NCBI GenBank assembly: GCA_963575745.1 | Contig: CAUYUJ010000178.1 | Location: 62,001 to 117,187 of the forward strand | Source: Prorocentrum cordatum | Lineage: Eukaryota | Reading direction: 5' to 3' | DNA length: 55,187 bases | Part shown: positions 45,086-55,187 of the stretch, in pieces | Layout of the letters: each line of letters opens with the position of its first letter | Numbering within the stretch: position 1 is the stretch's first letter | Made by a program: the position numbers and the translations under genes | The notes under the pieces: model-generated | Database searches by the model: none | What the model saw: only the letters and a program-made list of their open reading frames with translations | What the model was told of the DNA's origin: nothing

Positions 45086-45559
45086 AAGGCCCTAGGTAGT
45101 CACAGCTGGCCTCAACAAGCCCCCCGAGTAGACGAGGGCGGTCTCGGCACCCTGGCACCGCCTCTGGCGGCGCCCCCGGGGCGCTCCGCGACCCCACCCG
45201 CGACCCATCCCGCGACCCACCCGCGACCCGCCCGCAGACACCCGCGACCCACCCCGCGACCACATAGATTCAACAACACAGATTGCACAACCTAGAATAC
45301 ATAACCTACCTTGCACAACATGCATTGTACAGCATAGACCGCACAACAAAGATTGCACCACATAGATTGCACAACCACCCAGGCCCCACCACATACATTT
45401 GCCTTTTCTAAACAAGACTTGGGATCTCCCCCCCTCACGCGCACCCCGAAATCTGTCAAAAACCGAAGGTGTCGCAAGGATGTCACAAGCGAGTGCCCCG
45501 AAAAAATGTACAGAATAATGGTTTGGCAGCATGATTTGTCCAAACAAAAAGTCTGCGCG

Positions 45560-45785
45560 CTTTGACGAATTCGTAAGAATACAATTGGTTTCTCAACGTG
45601 TTCATCGAATGCGGCCAAGCGGTCCTCTCGCGCGCGCGTGTCGGCATCACTCGAACGCTCTTACAATGCGGGCCATTCGCTCGCGTCGGCCGCGCACACA
45701 TGTCGAGATCCCTCCAATACTTGTATCGCCGACGCGTGGACATCATCATCATCATCATCCTCATCCTCATCCTCATCATCATCAG

Positions 45786-45840
<55 letters not shown>

Positions 45841-46632
45841 GGCGTGACCAGCATCGGCGCCGTCATTGGCCTGGCCGTCGTCATCGCCATCGTCGCCACC
45901 AGCATCGCTACGATCATCACCGTATCCGCCGTTGTCGACGTCGCCATGCTACCGCGCCCAGTCGAGTCACCGACTCGCACTGACGTGCCTGCGCGTCAGC
46001 GCGGCCTGCGAAACGCGTTGGGAAGTGACCAGGGGTAAGCGCCGCCGCGGTTGCGTCGGTCGCGCCAGACTAGCCGGCCGCTCTGCGCGCGAGCTTGCGC
46101 ACGCTAGCGCGGCTGCGGCGATGTGCCAGCCAGCGCCAAGCAGCCATCGAAGTCGCCGCCGCATGGGCTTATGCAAACCACGTTGCAGCTGGGTGGGTGG
46201 GATGTTTGCACGAGCATGGGAGATGGTCGCGCGCGGAGCACGGTCGTTGATTCTCCTCTCTAGAAGAATAATGGGACCTAGCATTCCCTATAATTAACCG
46301 TGCCCGTTTTTCGGATTGCAATGTATCTATGATTCTGCCCCATCACCCATCCTAAACATAACCTCAGGCCATCCCAGGCAGGCCAGTATCGACCCCTTTT
46401 CCCTCATCCTTTGTAACATAGTATGCGCGCACATTCGATTATCAAACATCATCCCTGTGCAAGAATAGCTTGCCAGAAACGGGACAAAGTGCACACGCGC
46501 GCGTCGTCGCGCGTGCATGCCAAAATCCGACGAAAAACTTCAATGGTTCTGCCAGGTTTTCAAAATTGAGTCTTAAAAATTCATAATATATTTATCCTAC
46601 TTTTTTCTATATATATATATATATGTATATAT

Positions 46633-46718
<86 letters not shown>

Positions 46719-47650
46719 TTCGCAACAAGAAGTTTCAAATCAAGCTTGCGCCCGGGCTCTTGCAAATTCTGTAGAATTCCAATAAGTCTGCACCGTTTTC
46801 AAACACGCTACCAAACGGGCCTCTCGCGCGCGCGTGGCGCAATCGTTCGAACGCCCCTGCGCGCGTGCTGTCGCAAGAATTTCTTACAAGAGAAAGACGA
46901 AGTGCACACGAGCGCGTCGTCGCGCGCGCACGCCGAAATCCTTCAACCACATTCGCGGTTGTCAGGATGTCAGAATCCACTGTCCCGAAAACATATAAAA
47001 CAAATGGTTTTGCAACGCCAGTTTCTTCTTCCATGCATATAGATGTATACATTTTAAGGAAATCAGCTTTTCAACATGCTCAAAGAAATTCTGCCAATCG
47101 GGCTTTTCGCCACGCATACCGAAATCATTCGGACGCCCTTGCGCGCGCGGCTCGCGCGCCGGCCGCGCGCGCATGTCGAACTCTTTCCAAAATTTCCATC
47201 ACCGACGCGAGGACGCCGTCATCGTTGCCGACGTGATCAGCATCGGCGCCGTCACTGGTTTTGCCGTCGTCGTTGCCATTATCGTCATCAGCACCGTTCG
47301 CTACTATCATCATCGTCGTGTCTACCGTTGTCGACGTTGCCATGATATCATGCCGTACGGAAGTGCCCGCTGGGAAGACGGTCGACGCCACCACGGCCAC
47401 GTCGGTCGCGCCAAACTAGCTGGCCGCTGCGCGCGCGAGCATGCGCGGGCTAGCGCGGCCGCAGAGATGCATCAGCCAATACCAAACACTCATCGCAATC
47501 GCTGCCGCATGGGCGTATGTTAACCAAGCTGCGAGTGGGTGGGTGGCAAGACTGCGCGAGCAGTGGAATTGACGACTCCAAGTTCGACAGGGCGAAGTTG
47601 CACCACTTAGATTGCAGAACACAGCATGCACAACATCGATTGCTTGAGAC
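45560..47650 (+). repeat. Two further copies of the ~1 kb unclassified repeat, with inserted (CAT)n and poly-A
   Basis: Homologous to 23340-24400. (CAT)n at 45741-45840 and an A-run at 46637-46714. Confidence 0.75.
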
Positions 47651-48138
47651 ACATTGTTTGGGGTCCAGGCGGGCTAACATATGGCATACCGTGTTATACA
47701 TATGTACATATATCATTGGATAGCGCTGGCACTCCATATCTACAATGTCTTGCGATCCGCCCCCGATCAAGGCAGGCGCCCTTCACAATGAGGAAGCTTT
47801 CGGACGGCACCATTACAATATACGGAAAGCCGCCGTGGCCCTTGTAGAGCACTCTAGAGCGTCGTTGCGGGAGCGTCGTGGGCCCTTTTTAGAAATAAGA
47901 TATACAGATCGACATATATATATATATATATACACAAAAAAACTTGCTGTACGAGGGATATATCTCTATATATAGGTGTGTTCTGGTCTAGCAAGTGCAG
48001 TGTTGGATCCGATATCGCGCGGGCGACGCTGCTTCCCGTGGCCACCCGTGGCCTCCAGCTGCCGTCCCTGTCGCTATCCCCCGATCCCTGCCCTGACCCC
48101 TACCCTTCCAGTGGAGACCCATGCCGAGGACGAGGACG

Positions 48139-48171
<33 letters not shown>

Positions 48172-48232
48172 GGACGACGACGACGGGCTCCCCGAATGAA
48201 CCCGCCCCCACTGTCCTTCGCCTTTCAGGGTG

Positions 48233-48408
48233 CAGTGGGGGCCCATGCCAAGAAACACCCAGCTTGCCTCCAGGGTGTCCTGGGCTTCTTGGGTTCTGGC
48301 GGCTTCGCGATGGAAGGCGCGACGCTCCCGCACCAAAGATCAGTGGACGTCCTGGGGTCTCAGGGTTGGGTTTCCTGTGCAAGGGTTCTTGTGGTCGAGC
48401 TCCTACTG
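48233..48408 (+). mobile_element. MITE family D
   Basis: Inverted ends cagtgggggccc...gagctcctactg. Confidence 0.75.
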
Positions 48409-49816
48409 TCGATCCCTATCCATATTTGCCTAGCCCTATGTCCCTGCCCGTCGATCTGGGGTAGGGATATATGGCCAGGCATACAGGGATATATGCCCAG
48501 CCCCATATCCATATATGCCCAGCCATATATCCCTCGTGGTCGAGCTCCTACTGTCGATCCCTATATGCCGATCCACCCATCGTGGCCCCCCATTGTGACC
48601 GCTATGGGGGCCCCCCATCGTGACTGCGCGAAGCGCTGAGGACATCCTGCCGCAGGGGCGTCGGTTTCTCCGTCCCGGCTGCTTTTCTCTCACCTCTCCT
48701 GAACCTCCTCCTCCTCCTCCTTAACCTCCTCCTCCTCCTCCTTAACCTCCTCCTCCTCCTCCTGCTCCTTAACCTCCTCCTCCTCCTCCTCCTCCTCATC
48801 CTCCTCTGGGGGCCGATCTCTGCCCCCGCGGCCTCGAAAGATCCCCCGGGGCGAACATGTGCCCCAGGGGAGAGAGTCTTGCCGCAGCTCCGGGGCCGCG
48901 GCTCATGCTTCGAGACGCCGGTCTCTTCTTTAAGCATCGAGACGGTCGCCTCAGACGATACCGCCTCTGCCCGTTTCACGCGTTGATGATCGAGGGGCCT
49001 GAGCAAAGCGTACGCGCGTATAGCCGTGCGTTCTCTTTGGTTCCGTGTGCAGGCTTGCCACGGTGGTGACCCAGGGCGTCCGAAAGAATGAACATTAGCT
49101 TTTGGAAGTCCACGTAGATTTCTTGGATCGGAGCTGGACCCCCCTGACGGCGCCTCCGGCGCCGCAGGAGGAGGGAGAGGAGGAGGTCTCGGGATGATTC
49201 TGACATAAGTTGACAGGGTGATCGGAGCATGCGCAGCAGGGTGAAACTCGCACTTCTTCCTGTCGAATGGTTTCACCGTTTTCGGGGAACCGCGCGCGTG
49301 TCCTGGGCGCTCTGCTGTCCGAGCTGTGCAACGAGAAGAAGGAGCTTCTCACCCCTGCTGCCACGATGCGACGCTTTGTTTTCTCGCCCGCGGCGGCGGC
49401 CCCCCTCATCAGCGGGACCGAGCTGACGATGGCACGGCAGCGGCGATAGACCTTCTGTTGTGCGATCCACCTCTTCTAGCACCTACAAACAAGTCAAGCA
49501 TGAGCGCGTCCCCTTTGCAGTCCTGGACACGCCGTCGGGGCATCCTCTTCCCGATCGCAGGGAGGGAGCCCGGCTTCTGCCTCTCGACGGAGCTGGCGTG
49601 TGCGATCCACTTGTTGTGAAGAGTACAGAGTCGCTGATGGCAGCGCCAGCGGTGCACTCCGCCGCCGTGTCAGGGATTACAGTGGCTCCGGTGGCGCGCT
49701 CAGCAGCTGCTTGCGGGAGCCCAGCGGTGCTGTTCGTGCCGCGGCGCTGCGCGGCGTGACCAACGCTTGCGACACCGGTGAAGGCCGCTCTGGGAGAGGG
49801 CGCGAGCTCCCTGGCC

Positions 49817-49937
49817 TCAAGTCGGGCCTGTCCCTCTACATCTGGGGACTATTTTTTGTTTTTACCATTCTTGAACCTTTTTTGCATCTTTAACGTTTCG
49901 TCCAAAGTCCGCCTGTAGGGGGACAGGCCCGACTTAA
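49817..49937. mobile_element. MITE family A, short copy
   Basis: aagtcgggcctgtccctctaca...tgtagggggacaggcccgactt with flanks ccctggcc/ccccagcc (6/8). Confidence 0.8.
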
Positions 49938-51253
49938 CCCCAGCCTGGAACGCCAACGAAAGGAAGAGCAAGACGACAGGAACAGGAAGAGGAGTAGGAA
50001 GGGGAGGAACATACAAGCAACCATGAGTAGGAGGGGGAGGGGGTCCTCCTCCTACCATGAGTAGGAGGGGAGGACCCAGGAAGACGACATCAACAGGAAG
50101 AGGACCCGCTTGGACTTAACCAGCAAGACGACAGGAAAATTGCCGATGGAGTTCGTGCAATCGCTGGGCTTCGAGCTCGCAGCAAGGACACGACAGGTCG
50201 GCTGGCTCAATCGGCGAAGCGGTTGCGGTGCCCACTACGCCTGGAGGACTGCATCCTCCTCCTCCTCCCTCCCTCTCCTCCTCCTCCTCCTCCTCCTCCT
50301 CTCCTCCTCCTCCTCCTCCTCCCCCTCTCTTTCCTCCTCCTTCTCCTCCTCCTGCTCCCCCTCCTCCTCCTCCTCCTCCTCCTCCTCCTCCTCCTCCTCC
50401 TCCTCCTTCTCCTCCTCTGCACTGCTCCGAGCGGCATGCCATCGAGCAGCGCGCCCGGTTGCCGCAGGACACGTAGCAATACGGACACTGATCGGTGAGG
50501 ATAATCGGAAACTGGAACATCTACATTACCAGTGGCGGGCTGTTGTTCAATCCCAGGGCTTTTTTGAGGGTCGGGGACGACGTCGGGGTGGTGTGGTGTA
50601 TTTTTTCCCCGTTTCCCCGGGGAAACATCGAAAAATGTATACAACAGGATGCAGTATACACCAGAATCCGTTTTCCTGTGCGAATCTCAGTGCGGGACCG
50701 GAAAAAAGCATCGGTGTAGAAAGTTCAGTTCCTTAGATGAGTTGTTGGACCAGCTGTTGTTCGTGGTGTACGTGGCGTGTGTGCAGCCCCCAGATGTCTG
50801 ACGATCCCAGCTGCCCTGACACGCCCGTGCTGAGACACAGCGCGCACCCTGGTCCAGACATCCGTGTGAGCCCGCTGCGTGTTGGCTCGGCACGTGTCTG
50901 CCCACGCTTGGGCGAACGTATCGCGCCAGACCTACAATACGTTCCCGGACATCCGACGTGTCGATTTTTTTTTCGCGACACGGGTCCCCGACCTCCCGAC
51001 CGCTTCCCCGGACCCGGTGTTTTCCACCCCGATCCGTTTTTGACGGTCCCGAGGCCCGGCGAGGGCCCCGAGAGGCCCAGAAGCGCGCAGAGCTCGCGCC
51101 TCGATGGTGTCGAGACTCCCGATGTCGGGGTTGTCAGTCTGCGCGTGGAGCTCCGTGTCGGCACGCCCCGCGCTGCGCAACGGGGCAGCTGAGCTGACGG
51201 TGTGATTTTTAGCCAAGCCCAGCACTGTTCCTCGGTCTCGCTCGGCCCTTGGG

Positions 51254-51419
51254 TCAGGAGGAGGAAAAAAAACACACAGACACAAGGAATCGTCGACTCC
51301 TGGGAAAATATGGGAAAATATGGGAAGTGGGGGGGAAGACAAAAACCCAGTAAACGTTGGAAAATATGGGGAATCCCGTTATCTGTGTGTATTTATTTGT
51401 GTGTTTGTGGGCCCCTTCA
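51254..51419 (+). mobile_element. MITE family E
   Basis: Homologous to 35581-35744. Confidence 0.72.
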
Positions 51420-51536
51420 TATGGGCCCGTTGTCGGGCCCCGCAACGCTCAGAAAAATCACCGGGCGCGTCCCACTGCTCGCCGGGTGCCTGCTCGCAGA
51501 CGCTCGAACCAAAAAGTGCTTCTTCCGTGTAACGTA

Positions 51537-51712
51537 CAGTGGGGGGCCATGCCAAGAGACACCCTGCTTGCCTCCAGGGTGCCCTGGGTTTCTCGGGCTT
51601 CGATGGTTTTGCTGTGGAAAGCGTGACGTTCCCGCACCAAAAGTCAATGGACGCCCTGGGGTCGCAGGGTTGGGTTTCTTGTGGAAGGGTTCTTGTGGTC
51701 GGGCCTCTACTG
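51537..51712 (+). mobile_element. MITE family D
   Basis: ta-cagtggggggcc...gggcctctactg. Confidence 0.78.
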
Positions 51713-52149
51713 TGTCGTAAATCCCCCGCGGCGGATCCAGGCCACTTGCGAGCAGTTACTCTGCGAGTAATGGAACGCGCTCGTCTGAAACATGGACCCA
51801 AGACGAGACACTACCCCTTGTGGAAGGGGTCGGGCGTTCTGGGGTTGGGAAAAATCAGATCGGCGGATGTCTGGGTAGCAGATCAGCCCGTGGGTATACC
51901 AACATCACCCGCGCGGGGCGCATCAACAGGCAGGGCCGGCACAGCCGCGGGTTGCGCCCACGTCGGCGGCGGGATCGCCACCAGCAGAAGAGCGGCACGT
52001 AGTACAAGAACATCGTTTTATTGAAAATCCCCACGCAGAGTGGTTTGAAAGATGTTAACCAGCGTGGATCCAAACAAGTGATTTCTTGCAACCTACGTGG
52101 TGCAATCAGGGGTGGTGCAATCAAGGTGGCGCAAACCATGTGGCGCAAA

Positions 52150-53530
52150 ACAATGCAATGCAAATCAATGTAAACCAATACATGCAGTACAAAGCAATGA
52201 AACGCAATGCAACGCATTGCGACGCAACGCACAGCAACGCCAAGCAATGCAAAGCAGTGCAAAGCTAGGCAACGCAATGCAACGCAATACAACACAGCGC
52301 AGTGCGATGCAAAGCAACGCAACGCAACGCAATGCAGCGCAAAGCTGAGCAGTGGCAAGCACCTCAAAGCAGCGCCACGCGAGCGCAGCGCGAGCGCAGC
52401 GCAGTGGTGCAGTGCGATCACGATGCAGTGCAAAGCCACGTCACGCAGCGCGCAGCAGTGCAGGGCAGCGCAGGGCAACGCAGCTCGAGGCAAGGCCCGG
52501 CAAGACAGCGCGAAGCAGTGTGCAGAAGCAGAGCACGGCGGCGACGGCAGGCGGCGACGGGCGGCCACGAGCTGGCCAGAGCGACGCCCGGGGCCCGGCG
52601 TGCGGCGGCGACGGAGGGCCGCGGCGAGCGGCAGCGGGCGGCCACGGGCCAGCCGGACCGACACCAGGGGGTCGCTTCCTGCAGGAAGCAAGCAAGAACT
52701 CCGAAGTACAAGCGCAGTTTGGGGAACACATGCATGTGCAATATAATCTATCATATAGTATCATATCATATAATATCCATAGAATAGAATAGACTAGAAT
52801 GTACGATAATGTACCATATTGTAGTAATAGAACACAAGATACTATGATATTATATATAATGCGATAACATAATATAATATAATATAATATGGCATCATAT
52901 AACACCATGTACTAGAATGTAACATACGATATCCCAATATAATGGACTATAGCGCAATACAATGTAATAATATAGTATAAAATACTATAACCCTGTATAT
53001 AATATAATATCATATAATATAAGACAAAATAACATAGTATAATATAATATAATCTGCTGTAATATAATATACACACATATACCTATACTGTAATATGACA
53101 TAGTATTATATATCATATTGTATTGTAATATAGTATGATATGATGCACTACACAATATAGTATAATATCATCGAATACCATATAATATTATATACTATAT
53201 TATAATATAGCATGTTAGAATGTAGTATACTATGATATACTATAGTATACTATAACATGATATACATTGATATATCATGTAAAAGCAGGGCCCAGTAGCG
53301 CAGTGCGAGTCCATCCTGCGGAAAGCAATGAATGGCAAGGCAGAGCAGCGCAAGGCCAAGCGGGGCAAAGCAGCAAGAGTCGTCAAAACGCAAGGCAGAG
53401 GATCGCAGAGCAAGGCAAGGCAAGCAGGGCAAAGAAATGTTTAGCCATGCACAGCAGTGCGAAGCAAAACAGTGCAGAGCAACAAAGCAACGCAAGGACT
53501 GCAACGCAACGCAGTGGACTGCAATGCAGT
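52150..53530. repeat. Degenerate pentanucleotide arrays: (GCAAY)n, then AT-rich (AATAT)n at 52740-53280, then (GCAAR)n
   Basis: 5-bp periodicity read directly. Confidence 0.85.
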
Positions 53531-53743
53531 TCGCGGGTGGCACTGCTCGGGCGGCGACGGCGCGGCAGCGGCGGCCACAGAGCCGCCAGACCGACGACAC
53601 AACCCAGACGACGGGCGGCGACGGGGCGGCGACGGCGGCCACATCGCCGCCAGGCCGAAGACGCGGCCCAGTTCCTTAGAACAGAAGTGAGAAACCCCGA
53701 GTGCAAGCACTGTTCGGGAAAAGTACAGGGTGCGCCGATCAGC

Positions 53744-53930
53744 CCCAGACCTGCGACGTCCTGCTGTCTGTTCAGCACGGGGTCCCCGGACGTCCCGATC
53801 CTTTCCCCGGGACAAGTTCTTCATCCTGAGTCGCTCTTTGACGCCCCCGAGGCCCAGCAAGGGCCCCCCGAGGCCGAAAACAGGGGAAAATTGCCGGTCC
53901 TGATTCTTGTACGACGCGATCATGTCTGGG
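53744..53930. mobile_element. MITE family C
   Basis: cccagac...gtctggg with the family core. Confidence 0.8.
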
Positions 53931-53959
53931 AATGTTTTAGCAATAGTGATGCCACGACG

Positions 53960-54660
53960 ACGACGATCACGGAGGCTGTCCAGATCGCCCATGAACTGTT
54001 GGAGCCACGAGTGAGCACTCGCACACGGTCGCCCGTCGTCGCCCAGCGAGCCCCATGGACAGCCCAACGGCGAGCAAAAAGCGATTGCATACGCGACATC
54101 ACCAGACGGCTTAAGACGTCGTATGCGCAGGTCCGTCCGGGCATCAACGAATCCAAACGCTGGCCAGATTCCCTGTATACATAGCGTTATGATGTTCCAA
54201 CCGAGTTGAGCCTTGATCACCAGAATTAATGTCGAGCACCAGGAAAATACCGCAGCTGCAGGATTTTCACGTGTCGGGCCCTGGGAGGCGATAATCGTTC
54301 GACATTGGTTCGATGTTTGTCTGGGTGTTCGAGATTATTTTGGGGAGATGGCCCTTAAGTACGATTGGAACAACCTAAGCATAGCGATACCATCGCCTCG
54401 CTCAATTAGCGCACGCGCTGCATCGCATAAGCTTGCGGGTGGGTCATAGTGAGAAGAAGGGTGTCGAAAGCGTGGATGTGTTGTTACTCATCCCATGAGA
54501 GCCAATGCCAGACCAGAGCATGCCCACGGATTGGCCTCGAACATTTGCACAACCCGAGCGCAACGGCACGGGCAATGACCAGCATCTCTGAAATTCATAC
54601 CAGGCTTCTTGAGCAGCTCGTAATCGACGAAGGTGTTCATTACGAGTCTGTCCCGTGTAG
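53960..54660 (-). pseudogene. Decayed fragment of a second non-LTR retrotransposon (region C-terminal to RT)
   Basis: NEHLRRLRAAQEAWYEFQRCW...VGMLWSG resembles the E-x-x-RR-x-x-x-A-x-x-A-F/W...LLYG block that follows LINE RT domains. Downstream lies DLRIRRLK...WLQQFMGDL. Broken by stops and frameshifts. Confidence 0.55.
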
Positions 54661-54664
54661 CGGC

Positions 54665-55090
54665 CCAGAGAGGCGGAGGGGCAGGAAGCGGAGGCGGAGG
54701 AGGCGGAGGCGGAAGTGAAGGAGAATATTCGGTTCAGTCGTCTTGGAAGGCGCGAGTCACGCTCGCAACTGCCTGGCGGGTGCCGCCCCCAAGAGAAGCG
54801 ACAGCCGAAGGAGGAGGAGGGGGCGGAGGAGGAGGAGGGAGAGGAGTGAAGTCGCACGGAGGAGGAGGAAGAAGAAGAAGAAGAGGAGGAGGAGGAGGAC
54901 GAGGAGGAGGAGGACGAGGAGGAGAAGGAGGAGGGGGAGGAGGAGAAAGAAGAGGGGGAGGAGTGATGAGGAGGAGGAGGAGGGAGAGGAGGAGGAGGAG
55001 GGCGGAGGAGGGGGGGGGTATGGGGGTATGAGGAGGAGGAGGAGGAGGAGGGGGAGGAGGCAGAAGAGAGAGAAGGCCAGAGGCGAGGAG
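54665..55090. repeat. (GAG)n/(GAA)n tracts
   Basis: Read directly. Confidence 0.9.
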
Positions 55091-55187
55091 GCAAAGTTGA
55101 AGGAGTGCAGGAGCGAGGCGGACGAGGAGGAGCGAGTCGGAGCAGGAGCGGAAGCCCGCCCCCCGCGGCGCCAAGCGAGAGGCAGGC

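Noticed and set aside
46637..46714. Poly-A run as a retrocopy tail (also 1099-1145)
   Set aside because: Each lies inside a dispersed repeat at an A-rich position of the family sequence, with no upstream gene and no TSD.

Overview
This is eukaryotic, GC-rich, repeat-saturated DNA, most likely from a dinoflagellate. The evidence is two tandem relics of the dinoflagellate spliced leader and predicted splice sites with GC/GA donors and AG|G acceptors. Most ORFs in the supplied track are artefacts of microsatellites and MITEs. The real content is as follows. (1) A decayed ~6.2 kb non-LTR retrotransposon (4324-10548, +). ORF1 has a RanBP2-type zinc finger and a coiled coil; ORF2 has APE, RT, a CCHC finger and RNase H; it ends in a (CATTY)4 tail and sits in a CCT/CCG tract. 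(2) A single-domain voltage-gated cation channel gene with two EF-hands (26927-30190, +), preceded by two spliced-leader relics, which marks it as a recycled mRNA (retrogene). Three of its four predicted introns are complete TIR transposons from three different families, and their target-site duplications and termini supply the splice sites so that splicing restores the frame exactly (introners). The fourth predicted intron is a (GAG)n tract. (3) Six small collinear exons of a cyclic-nucleotide-binding-domain gene spread over 17862-43559 (+), apparently hosting the channel gene inside one intron. (4) At least seven MITE families with distinct TIR/TSD signatures, often nested. (5) An 89-bp minisatellite, a ~1 kb palindrome, a second LINE fragment and abundant simple repeats. 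All gene models were spliced by hand and have no transcript support.
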